In this document: positions 37,501-45,000 of the stretch, one piece after another
How positions within the stretch are numbered: the first letter of the stretch is position 1
Layout of the letters: each line of letters starts with the position of its first letter
Assembly (NCBI GenBank): GCA_905235475.1
Contig: CAJOLU010000002.1
Location: 472-64,471 of the forward strand
Source of the DNA: an uncultured Clostridia bacterium
GTDB taxonomy: Bacteria > Bacillota > Clostridia > Christensenellales > UBA1242
Reading direction: 5' to 3'
DNA: 64,000 nucleotides
Notes under the pieces: model-generated
The model's database searches: none
What the model saw: the letters and a program-made list of their open reading frames with translations, nothing else
Told to the model about the DNA's origin: nothing
Program-made: the position numbers and the translations under genes

Positions 37501-39028
37501 CATAACTTAATTTTGGTGTTGCCAGTTTTGTTCCAACAGTATCATCAAATCTTATGATAACCCTAACAAAACCAATGCTTGGGTCAAAGTATTCTTGTTG
37601 TCGAAGTGATTTAACACTAATTTTATAATATCCTGTTGGACTTAAATTCAAATCAAAATATAAAGTATTTGTGCTGTCAACTATTTCATAATACTTTTCT
37701 GTTGAACCAGGTTTTGTGATATAGCCACCATCATACACACCATTGCCATTTGCATCAACAAATGATTCGCCAATATCGTAAAAACCATTATTGTTTAAAT
37801 CCTCAAAAATTTCTTCATTTTCATTTTGAATATAAACATAATAATATGTCCTTTCGCTTTCCAAGTTCCAAGAAACTCTAATTTGTTCATTCACGCGTTC
37901 AGCATATAGGTTTGAAATTGGTGCTGTTGTGGCGCGAAAATCAGGCAAATAGGCAACATCACTGATTTCAGAATCATCAATATATTTTGAAGTATTAAAT
38001 GCTCGCACACTAACATTATATTTACCATATCCCTCAGGTTCAAACTCATAAGAAGTTTCTTGAGGGTTTGTTAGTGTGGCCGCCAAGTTTCCATTGATGT
38101 AAACATAATAACCCTCAGCATATTCTTGTTCATTCCACTCAAAGAAATATTTGTTGCCTATAAAACTATAGTTCGTTATTTGTGGCTTTTCAATATACTT
38201 GTATGTGAATATATCCGCCTCTCCAAAATTATCGCCATTTTTCACAAACTTGTTTTCTGATGTTGCCCTAACTTGCACAACAAATTCGTTTCCAGCATAA
38301 CCTCTCATTGTGTTTAAAACATCTTGTGGCACAATATATGAGTTACCTGAAATAATTTGAGGAGTTTCAAAAAGTGTTTCATCTGTTTCTTTATACTTTA
38401 TGTTTAATTCATATTTAACATTATATTTTGTTGCATTTGAAACACTTCTCCAGCTTACACTAATTCCTTCTCTTGTGGACTGTGCCACAACTGATGGAGT
38501 TTGAAGAGTGTAACGATTTATAACCATTGCTTGATATGGATCACTTAAAAGAGAACTATAAGATTCAACTTTTCGATATATTGCTTGAACTGAAAAATAA
38601 TAATCTCCAATTGCCGCAATGGTGTTTGTTACATCAACTGATGTTCTTGTGGTATTAATATATGGTATTACATTAGCAAATTTTTCTTCAATGGCATTTT
38701 TAACTTCATCTTCGCCCTCAAACATATAAATTGAATAGTAGTCTGCATATTTAACGGGCTCAAAGAGTAATTCATATTTGCTATTGTCAAACTCAATCGT
38801 TTCCTCAATTCTAACATTTTGAGGTGTTTCAAGTTGGCTTGCAATAACACTTTTTTTGTTTTGATTGAAAACCACGACAAAAGTTACAACAAAAGCAAGC
38901 AAAATGATAAATACCGATAATATTATTATCAGTTGTTTCATATTCCTTTTTTGAGAATTTTTTAAAACATTCTGCCCCATCATTTCTGTTGCGTGAGTAT
39001 TTGCTCTATTTTTATTTTCTTTTGACAT
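22511..39028 (-). CDS. Giant (~5505 aa) N-terminally membrane-anchored surface protein with FN3-like repeats
   Basis: ATG 39028 after AAGGTG. TM IIILSVFIILLAFVVTFVVVF. Many L-x-x-P...W..V..A..Y...V.A......S..S FN3-like units and a DxNxNGxxDxGE Ca-binding-like pair. Uninterrupted 16.5 kb ORF. Confidence 0.85.
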   Translation of the reverse strand: MSKENKNRANTHATEMMGQNVLKNSQKRNMKQLIIILSVFIILLAFVVTFVVVFNQNKKSVIASQLETPQNVRIEETIEFDNSKYELLFEPVKYADYYSIYMFEGEDEVKNAIEEKFANVIPYINTTRTSVDVTNTIAAIGDYYFSVQAIYRKVESYSSLLSDPYQAMVINRYTLQTPSVVAQSTREGISVSWRSVSNATKYNVKYELNIKYKETDETLFETPQIISGNSYIVPQDVLNTMRGYAGNEFVVQVRATSENKFVKNGDNFGEADIFTYKYIEKPQITNYSFIGNKYFFEWNEQEYAEGYYVYINGNLAATLTNPQETSYEFEPEGYGKYNVSVRAFNTSKYIDDSEISDVAYLPDFRATTAPISNLYAERVNEQIRVSWNLESERTYYYVYIQNENEEIFEDLNNNGFYDIGESFVDANGNGVYDGGYITKPGSTEKYYEIVDSTNTLYFDLNLSPTGYYKISVKSLRQQEYFDPSIGFVRVIIRFDDTVGTKLATPKLSYEDASQNIVYGANSQIVQAPIGGDGNIIRTIFMAPRATDNNGFEIKIYEGESASGTLLREQIIPKVALELSTYRYSLTNFFNIYGAGKYYVTLKSLGGYLLFEDSDVVGTIVDHTIKLESPKNFSIKEESDDVVITFKEVEYASKYQIYSTDVQNAIITVNVDDNTITGGYLFTRVDGLTLGYDEGDQYIKITNVKHYFDDKNPGTYTFYAVAEGADSRYTRSVSSNNASFNLIKYVNTPILSHTSQLNAAGQDSNEYYVFWRYTDLSNRTMFDESQTFDVFVNGRKAVTNISFSVANLYTFDGQKYYGLEISEYALPGNNIVRVQANNCNNYLASSSEKEFKDAIIDGISVNEAYRYKIEYAYDFTKNVSVGGTRTESGVSYYIKFYSEKYANNFRFWFSKNNDDSGYSYEEAEADSNAFANTLNVYLSGFTNKETKIDIDESYFKFNGMTNIHLDVSFDITKDNKNNYITAERAGYIIGLNNKIINYNDAFHMEEVEYFDYDVLTNELTFKYKISQTSTIQTFVIYYKFDDDGLIKSIPVSKDDCLNRYNNGEIETISSFDYYVFRFPLNFNQVGKLFIKVVPANAVAIVMRDVDYKIYYTSQTLMAPQNLSIEGGVVSWSEVENASVYTSDNKVHPYTVQIYVDQDINDEDAIVYAEYDWDGTAINIFETKPELKNGKHDIFAKVQANAYKYALVEGLEEYPGTFSAKQDYIGHYVKVDDDYVLVTSSNVNNDGFIVTTITQAYYPQYRASEWSVSNVFAYTPSLIAPTVYFDSKNPDLLIIKKEQAYILGLEYELYLSDGNVLVYHQDAGDSSDIKIDIKNILITENGLGAGRYYLYAISKHTEWNVESPHSSPEVYYDITESLNPVDIVVKDGGKAQSYATRRDVQVEFKNFNDEEKLEGFEIYFQKQGSDISNNSVRVLGYKICVVKNSDGTFMVQLITNINGEWQDRQSTFPDGVSITLDYAYDEDTQMGVFTVKYSADSDIFTATKNYNVYVRIIGTQFYLGTNAMASINCFDGQFANPIIYVEEENVFYASADVSTNNVKILMRPLDGVRTANITIRNILNTDLNEIVVENQRLETVGGFFVYSFNPYSFFYNKLGIYEIYVQYNEFGYIQSSGQSNAVYVYYAYQGEGVESVSVETNISNLPLNLQITVNNSIYSNVDKSTFESFSVELLPIEDGEYIDNSTLGPTYLTLTEDNKCVIESLKGRSEGKYLTSKTTNANTTIYNFAIPISTICGFGNTWAKLDWNYVINASINYTKATNLNAIVNDITPVYVPEVVSKTKLSKYLIDLNLVVGKYYYDETLNEYIKILSQYINATESTIVVNDYTLQDTDNVYDLNFAETYATYESVLNNTYVGKYFYDSGIGGYKKIYSVEEERNGLGQITGLGVFDRENTKMDSLVVLGQPGQKSLSWDEYQFTTRSPQSSNTLTTSDKTPALVRVNIDKDGNVNWDGNTQTTYYYIYYAWDIATNTAKLFYNGVGGVNYYELDLSNDVISFSDGVFTCNFLNAEVSENYICLSNSLVYRKVEFSEDVYENVLNGANYYYVTAFNERIRLDGSNINGGEDERYLEPEGTAASYALTGAQVYEEMLFEQALYLQRTLDILFDALEVYYDVNNTLVKIEEAKLSSYADVMYVKAENLDIDEAENKVLRTITETNIDWQNKWLKVSGKGANAKTMFNIDSYLGRENYIYGTFIYAMKNGCTASKVLYQNFVPQFTYRISNMNFTATKSGNNVTRYLVFDDFDLMPFSYYNGVVLNQALITPEVRRALYKTINIKLLDNAISENEWDYLSNVSLNNGNVVVTLDSNIRNSDKQYKINIKTNDLMFNIEGKEFVVIPAIDISHNLDIPIIINENVSLSLDKQYYLGEGMVEYSIRFKQIDFATLYKVSITSKTKTAVASQDEEKIYFNDYEVIGSYSIRANVDNLTEVVISGNSYKYYEYDLTDFIESLSDNFDDDEYYFWIYVDVDSEKDIDSTLSVLDNEETDDFTDGTGRVYKISRENFIPYKKATNVENLVANFNDDIITGPNGESGKYLTFTTGQNEFDNSVYKVQIKDRNGNNVIFIDGSLNEFDRCYFTKLSSVGFSDGEVRILNVADGNPDNKYYYTYDSATNTYTVTLNITTEMINFPAGDYVAIITVVPISGDLLLSDDVESDVVKNNRKLVLKSNKYITMLVDGYVSEILNGEPLYYNEVLFDSSVYEDLSNNNYYYRDGNDFIQLTTSNVIYQGGTYYYNEIAISEIYVYSIFTEAENYLSTNNPIRKYFNDKQIITLDTFDLNDVDCVENWVSGLTSATGPVGAFLEIAFTHNGSYVPIGGNNWNSLDILLGANATILARDLEPGTYNIFARIKTNFDNGAYFKQIADDNGCVVTEEVEIYHEFDVYRRHMIGENIKTEIKNDGQFEDILVTTGINEANATYEIYFYDSNGNLAFKAANYVAGINKFIRTYDKDGNVLWTSAVGRALKQTSRNSKVSVYEFMLASNEVLTYDTYTVKFKWISSQADLNNNILNSDTAETAGVQIRYDVEQFVALSFGSNKNIVLDTETSYYRFETFADGVYVESYTLNIELAMPQINSTLVYYVYAKDIFTNRVITYRAYVKTTIQSFEKVGDAWIITYGYELLNTSSTEFTIVDNVLKFDLLPYVYGVDQVVGKYEYRATLEVKDVANIISLQPNNQERSINAIYEDVYATQLDKITNNETDEMNAITHHKGVEYQNLYLRNLELNMNNGVLTWEFADNLRFRMVSKILIVVNDKDGNMLFNDTKNVSENSSYDLSTILLADNSDVENFNNIEIYIVLREANLYWKVPSPLTNADIKVVQNGVEITMADSAFVWEPNLLDGGRVSGQSWSAGENPNNISFNLQFNEQYAKDTRLQEENTPYFTVEIWRMNYAEYTAPEYDFYDRDQPEKSIDEIVAINEGLSNPITIEYEKYSQKDWMESELFQEAVGVEGEIIKPGFNLAVKEGMVYSDGLRPYSFNLKELLWYVGNTYTELSSAEITAITEDNFALQYYLQTEDNYVLLSNYSDFETARDNNDDIFIKQNKWIKNVWTPLNQNEILPGQYFLKIKLVDGTNSGYVDGLIYEAGTHILEHWFVTDVQFVTDDFNVVLRNASATNKDVVQIDGKDCVQVAGKANTNLIKFTTESAITDENDPNYITESEQLAWVNNEQDVYLTFRVKSTGATLPHTSGLSIIHYYANTFLNGNPDWTIGNEDSFAVDANDWQGTDEDNYHVYVVNVTNIINNNKSQFGLHKFRVVVKLAQGQAYKSNAGTEAMADTEAYVNYVKLDTPTYAYEYQKGGNGENSGRFTIYVRFNFTNWLSNKDGKQFMVNLRAYENIETAEQQAYIDALEYTKCSISLSDSLRYEVSWVVELNNNNIEALQNIKKNRPITYESFVDVNGVSPFLINSSHKVDNHIIVDSYNAPKEFAYEMTQSDDGYYKNFVKESDEWFDVRDLTKYYSMSLTVDEGEAGRGVATLDASSKVAYLNDEDEICYEDAYIYYNLDGVNDSNKNNFHYFIVCVTKRDSNDNTIDVYTDYYFIVWYNTQTAATNVNGVTGSEQESNVYIRRVEFQEFVDSNVSGSFVPYNGELDANVEYYYFNTETEAYTKCATIEEAQQIINNSRKLYIYSTDAARKYMLKEYIELDDDQREIVGAEGAAKYENRYILRDGNYIALSTPGIYESLQLNGKIDENGILIKDEPIYAKQTVIPYKTTENVGYYQTSLNANTYEIEKQVVIENFGMPLKFLVDGNNFKKNVSNFEFRAKIFNETSYTMTSNSASRKSPNVNHFIEVDEAQISSVKFGLYTENGGVKEFAEETDTVLFDNNDRVCLLLEVSNINKAQAVNLIYEITRGEGESKTLVARNLITINLIRSNNGIRVSYDSDENEDKIYQILIYDGDAFSTFKQYLPGDVSFKLQAIGYVANNKEPYYAKDGLSLVPNDFNYPLDVFTKVTSEMKSQTANYINSQSIFEYEDSITVKKQLNIVGADDVELLDVNGKDVFKDLLSVGDDVDDFEEYLGANLEAIESDNTIFKVVTEFMLHFKEQFHAGEGLEDKVVSVYANFKDEEGNDLVTQKFVMNTSSNASPIISVDDINSNANIYNLLSSKVTDAKLIYVTFQLKYETTDDNNFGYWIASLTRTFAFYFYHSVEVKTPEYSNMVFDTQREIQKTDRYGNYYKIGYLVPKELTINFQKAEKDQPTDGYQIRVDYTVSGEYYGNEKDIFEMEAEATANSYNVLNQLFKKNRNESGFDITKQAWEKGNDIITSITPYYNVNDTNHNINYKIYGSEKSATHTLQLKLSNLRNLAVEYYYDKDFYNDWTDLDDISSSDLLTKARQQPNAEKKEGFAVGVYGLRGLWYEQAFRTNTSVFNSHSRTSHAFTSPADEGINYGSLIEDDRNWKLYVYTSSIARNPTATYDRKTATNLHKYFFNAEGVVEALNWIMQSKDGGSYYISYELTAGNNEIASGESGRYPFIYRKVYSDYDDISISGGTDMKVNISNSTTPNTTSYTNYPNSDTLKVTANIWQHEVTPKTGSNTPTVSSNWTKSDLGSSWTYSNASRTYSVDPSQLDALTFNAKDYATQKVATALTTRYGYIKEGTYGDVTYNNSNAGYLQLGKNKIQLKISGNSYNLGYNYLYGGDVSISLPSSAQINLDKNNSAEQIVGEDGTGAYYSSWDVQQNCRFQRGLLGPIKTGDYSNPFESELEPETFDHYQDVYNSNSSDSVIGMIYANILVSYEFYIRQLQYNVANRYNYIASFSDSNFEFKDNTQYSGDKVYLTLKASGKKVNKINNATLTLTPLFGDSYKSYGIVSKTLDRNLNVATEIALESKDMPYDDQLKKVAKVKTNTFYIWRQVNVVTCVISAVAKAKKEQKGGLLDLGDALVMYYTLKFSSVKILYDYPLVFSATATFEAGYSCILDAGWLGEDEKTAQLSKDVKIDQTSTIVDDDKWTQDGVPGLDLLARDVECGTRGWITSISLKINNDFNDTIKAKNGVYEESSRILK

Positions 39029-39057
39029 AGTTTTCACCTTTTCTTTTTAAACTTAAA

Positions 39058-42000
39058 TTACAAAACTGTGTAAGTTTTTAATATTGGATAATTTGTTCCA
39101 TCAAAGTAGAATAAATTCAATTCTTTAATCATGCTATCATATAACAAGTTTGTGTTCAACGTGCCAAGAGGATCAGTAGCATTTGGATAGTAAACACTTG
39201 TTGGCATATATTGAAGCGTATTATTTACATCATTAATTGTTCCAAAACTTACAAAAGCCCCTTCACCAATGCCAGCCTTGAGGTCTACCTCAGAAACTCC
39301 AAAGCTCCTCTCACTACCATTAAGTCCACCAACATAGTTTGTGCCATCACTCAAGTAGTAACAATAATCGGCTATAACTGAATTTGCCGCAGAAAGACCA
39401 TAGAAAGTTGAGTCATTAGTTGATACATAATTATCATTATAATCAACTCTGTTTGCCACGTTTATGCAGTTCATTAATATTATGTCACCAGACCTTGAGC
39501 CAACAATTCCAGAAATCACCGCTTGAACTTTTGTTGTGCCACCATTATTAGCATATCGAATTCCATTCACAACTTCCAAACCTCCTGCCTGCAAGCAGTT
39601 AACAACAAATGTTCTTGCACCACCAAATCCCAAAATTCCGCCTGATTGTGATTTTGTTCCTTCAACAGTTCCCACTTGTTGTGTGGCATATGAGGTTAAT
39701 TTTCCTTCATTTGTTGAACCACTAATCACATTTACCCATCCGTTTTCATTATCCAAACTTGGGGCAAATGTTGAATAAACAATTCCACCAATTTGTGATG
39801 CACCTAGGTTACCTGTGTTCTTACAGTTAATCACACTTGCACCATAAATAGCACCAGCAATTCCTCCCATACGAATAGTTGAGTTTAACAAGTTTGAGCC
39901 ACGCGTTAGAGTGATGTTCACATCGGTCACACAATTAATAATTTTTGCTTTCCTATCAACATCTTCCCCATCTTCCAAAGGCAAATATGAGTTTGATGAA
40001 TCAAGTCTTGCAACAATTCCACCATATAAGATTTCCGATGCAGCATTTGTCACACTAAAATTAATTCCATGGTTTTCATTATTCTTTAATTCATCAGACA
40101 TCTCAAGTTTACAGTTCACAAACCATGCCCCATAACCATAAGTCGCAAAGAACCCAATGTCTGAGAATAGTTGACCATAATCAAATTCAGCAATTTCAAG
40201 TGTTACATCATTAATAATACCACGTCTTCCAAAGAAGTTATTGTTTGCTGAGCCAGCACCCTCAACTGGTTTTCCATAAACAGCGTAGAATAAACCAGCA
40301 TTAATAGCACCCTCATACACTTGATAATTATGAATGGTATGTCCATTTCCATATAGCCCACCTGCAAAGAAAGTGAATTCATTGTCATCAAACATAAAGT
40401 TAGAGCAAAGACGGGTTGAGTCTATTCCTCCAGACGCAACATAGAGGTCGTCTCCATCATATAATGTAACATCTTCATCTAAACTGAAGTAAAGTGTTTG
40501 CAATTTTTTAATGTTATAGAATTGTTCGGTTGCAGAAATGCTTTTACTAAAGAAACCATCTTGAGTTGGAGTTATTGATTGAATAACAAATGGATTCTCC
40601 ATTGTTCCTTGTCCACCAGCAAACTTATCAAACTTAAGCTCTTCGGAACTTACAATTTCACTTGGAATAACGTTGGCACTTGTTGATGAAACTTGAATGT
40701 CAACCAAAAATGTTCCAACATTCCAAAATGGCACACTTGCATTTACTGTTCCGTCCATATTATAGGTTAACATAAGTTCATCTTCTGTGAATATTTTAGG
40801 TTCACTTGCAGTGATTGAGCTCATACTCAACGCATTATCTTCTGGGCTTCTAAACTTATATGATACAATAAATTTATCATTTGAAGCACCTTGTGATTGT
40901 TGAGTGTAGTTCCACTCAAGTTTTAACCCATCATCTGAAATACCAACCTGATTTATTTTTGAGAATCTATATGCGCTCATATATTTCTCTTCACTATTCA
41001 AATAGTATGAACCATCATTAGCTCTTTGAGTGAAGTAAGAAATTCTAACAGAGAAGTTTGAATTTTCAAATGAACTTTTACTAAAATTCAACGTTCCAAC
41101 AAAAGTGTCGTTTGTTAAATTATAATTAGGCTCTTCTTCGCCATCTCCAGTTATTTTTCTAAATTCCACACCATCAATCATTACAAAAAGTTCTTCATCG
41201 GCGTTTTGTTGTTTCCATTCAAATAATCCATCTTCATTTATTTTAACTTGAGAAACATCTGCCAACTTTTTAACGTTTATGCATTCATTAGAATATTGTG
41301 AGTTAACATAGTTGCCATATTGAGAAACAGTGCTGAGTGCCACACCTTTATGCCTTACTTTAATGCTTGAAATATTTGTCATTGCAACAATTGCTTCAAT
41401 TTGAGCCAAGTTGTCAGCACTGTAAGCAGACAAATCACCAAAAGTATTTAGTGTTAACAGAGTTTGATTTGTTGTGATTTGCGCTGAAGTTACATCATCA
41501 ATTAAAATCTCATAGTCATTGTAGTTAAATGAATCTTGATTTTCTCTCCATTTCAAAATTCCATCTTCAATTTCTAGTATTGGCTTTCCAGCAATAGTTA
41601 CTGAAAATGCAGAAGTGTAGTCACTGTTAATCCAAGCCCCATCTTTATTTGAGTTTGGAGTTCCAACACAACAAACTTTAATGTCTAGAGTTTGCCTTTC
41701 TGTAATTCTTGAACTTAAATCAAAATAAGCTTCATTCAAACTTGATTGTGCTTCTTGGTCACCATATAAAACATTATAATAACTAAACGTTGGCAATCCA
41801 AGTTGTGTTGTTTCACTCGCACTAATTTTGTCCCAAGTGATTTCTCCATCAACAATTCTAACTCCTGTTGGAATTGCCCATTTATTCACATTATGAACAG
41901 CTGTTGGCTGTGAATTGATATATGCCCATTCTGTTTCATTTGAAAGCATATTGGTTCCCATAGATTGCAATGTGAATCTAATTTCACCCGTCTTTCCTTG

Positions 42001-45000
42001 CAATGGTGCAAGTGGCATTTGATATTTAACTACGCCATTTTGTTCTTGGCAGTCCACAATGTCAGTTTGAATAAATTTATTACTTTCATTACCTCTTTCA
42101 TAAACAACCGCGGTGTAAGAAGTTGCATTATTTATTGCATTCCATTTAATAATTCCATTTTCAACATAGAATGTTGGAGCACTTAATTGCGTAACTGGAT
42201 TTTCAAAACCCGTGTAAACACTTGAATCAATATAATTTTCACCATTTCCCAAAACTTTCATTTGAACTGTAAACACTCCAGCACGACTATTTAGGCTCAT
42301 ATCATAAGATGTTTGTGATGCATCTAACTGAATTATTTCTGGGCTAGATAGAAGATTGTTTTCATAGAATATAAGTTCATAACCGAACTTTGTGTTATTT
42401 GAATCAACCCACCTAATAAGCCCATCAGAAACACTTAAAACTGGTTCAGCAAGTTTAACAGCAAAATAATCTTTAGACTCAGGAGAACTTAATGTAAGAG
42501 CACCATTTGATTGTGCTAAATTAGAAGCGTTAGAAGCGTCAATAATAGCCCTAACAGTTAATCTGTTTGAACCCGCATTAAGAATACTTAAATCAAAATA
42601 ATCATCAACAACATCATTTTGAATACTTGAACCATTTGAAGAAATTGAATATAACCCAACTCCAGCACTATCTATCCAAGAAAGCCTATATTCACCATCT
42701 TGTTCCGAAACATCCAAATTTGTTGGTTTTGCAAGTCTATTGATCACAAAGTTATTTGTTCTAACATTGCTCTTAACATAACCAGCTTTCACTGCTTGAA
42801 TGCTTATCTCACATCTTTCCAAAGTGTGGGAATTTCCAAATTCAAATTCTGGATTTATGTCAATCCCCAAATCTTCAACCAATGTTGAAGAAATTAGTTT
42901 TGTTCCACCCGTTGAAAGAGTTTGATAAACTCTAACTATGTAATCAACCTTATTTTCATCACCTGGATAAATTCTGCTCCAAGTGATTTTGTTATATGGA
43001 TATTCATTCTTAACTTCAAGAGTTGAATAATCAACTTCTTTTAGTTTCACAAATGAAAACTCGTTTGAATAAGCACTTGAAATAACCTCTGGTCTATCGC
43101 TTAAGGCTTGTATTCTAACCTTATATCTTCCATAATCCAAAGCACTTGTGTTCCAAGTTGTTCCATTAATAATAATAGGTTCTCCCCAGTTATCCAATTC
43201 ATTGATTTTGAACTGAAGTTGATATCTGCTAGCATAAGTTATGTTTGAATTAACTGTTGCACTAACACTATTCCAACACACTTCATATTGTTCTTCATCA
43301 ACAAACAATGTTGGTGCCGACATTCTGTATAATTCCAATGATGTTCTTGAGTAGTTTGAATTAACATAATATTCATCATCTCCGTATGCCATAGCTGCAA
43401 CAGTTAACTTCCCTTCTCTTGCGTCCTGTGCCATCAAATCAGCATAACCCACTTGCCAATATCCATTCAATTCACTATCTGTTGTTCTATATGAAGTGGA
43501 ACCAGATGAGTTTGTTAAAGCAATTCCATAAACGCTACTACCTTGAACCATAGAGCCACGAATAAAATCGCCATAAACTTCTGGAACACTTGGTGTGGCC
43601 AATTTCGCAAAAGTTAATGAAGAGCCATACCCTGAACTCAAAAGGTAAATTCTTTGCCCATCAATCTCAATAACATTACCATCTTCTCCGCCCAAAATTT
43701 CCGCTCTCATTGCAACACTATTTCTGCCCTCATAGCAATCACTTGGTGCCAAACTATAGGTCGTGTTATATTGCTCAATTCCATTAATTATTGTTGTTTG
43801 ATTAACATAAATTGGGATATTTCCACCAATTTGCAAAACATATCTAAACTTATTTTTAATTTGTTCATTAATTTCGCTAATACCAGTGTTTAGCGTATCC
43901 CACGCAAATCCACCATTGGAAATTCTAATACCAGTTGGAGCATTTAGACGATAAAAGCCAATCTTTTCAGACTCTTCAGAGTTGAGATATCTCACATCAG
44001 ATTTATTGTTAATAACTTTAACACTAAACACATATTCTCCAAAACCAGAATTTGTTAAATATGATGTTAGGCTTTCTCCATTTTTATTTGAAGAAACTTT
44101 TATTTGAATATCTCCACTTGTGTTATTTCCGTTTGCTTTATTGTGCACAGTAATAACAATATCACACTCGCTAGAAATAAAGGTTGAACTATTATTCCAA
44201 CTTAAATATCCATCTCCATTGATTTTAAGGCTTGTTGGGGCCTCTTGTTTTATGAATGGAAGCATATTATTTATGTCTTCAGTTGTGTATTCTTTAGCAG
44301 ACCTCACAAACAAATCGTCCCCAATCGCTCTAACACAAACCTTATAATCTCCTGCCGGATAAGAAACAACTTCAGTGTTTGCAAGTGAATATGAAGTTTG
44401 TGCTGCACCCAAAGCAATTACATCATGTTTCTGTTTTGTTTCAAGTTCACCATTTTGTGAATTTAATTCCTGAACACTGTAAATAAGTTCCAAAGAATAA
44501 CCTGTTGCACCCGCAACTTGATTCCAAACAAGTTCACCACCGCCAGTGCGCACAATAGGGTTTTGAAGTTTTGTGAAATTCAAATTTGCTTTATCACTTT
44601 CAATATAATGCATTGCATTACCTTCTTGAAGGTTTTGCTTTGGTTTTGCCACAACGGAAATTATATTATCTCCCTCAACAAAACCAATTCCATCATCAAA
44701 AGAGAATGTTGTTTGGTTTATGGTTGTTTTCACTTCATCATTCAAAAGAATTTGATATTCACCAGCAAAAAGAACATCATCCCAAGTTAAAATTGTTTGA
44801 GAACCACCACCAAGTGTTGCTGTTAAGTTTTCCACTTTTGCAAGTTTGACGGTGTCAACCAAAGAAAATGCCCCATCAAGTTTTTCTAAGCCATTTCCTT
44901 TTGCCCTAACTTTTATATTATTTGTTTCTAAATCCAAGTCATCAGAATTTAACTCACATCTATTTACATTCACAACAATAGGGTCACCATCGTTAACAAC

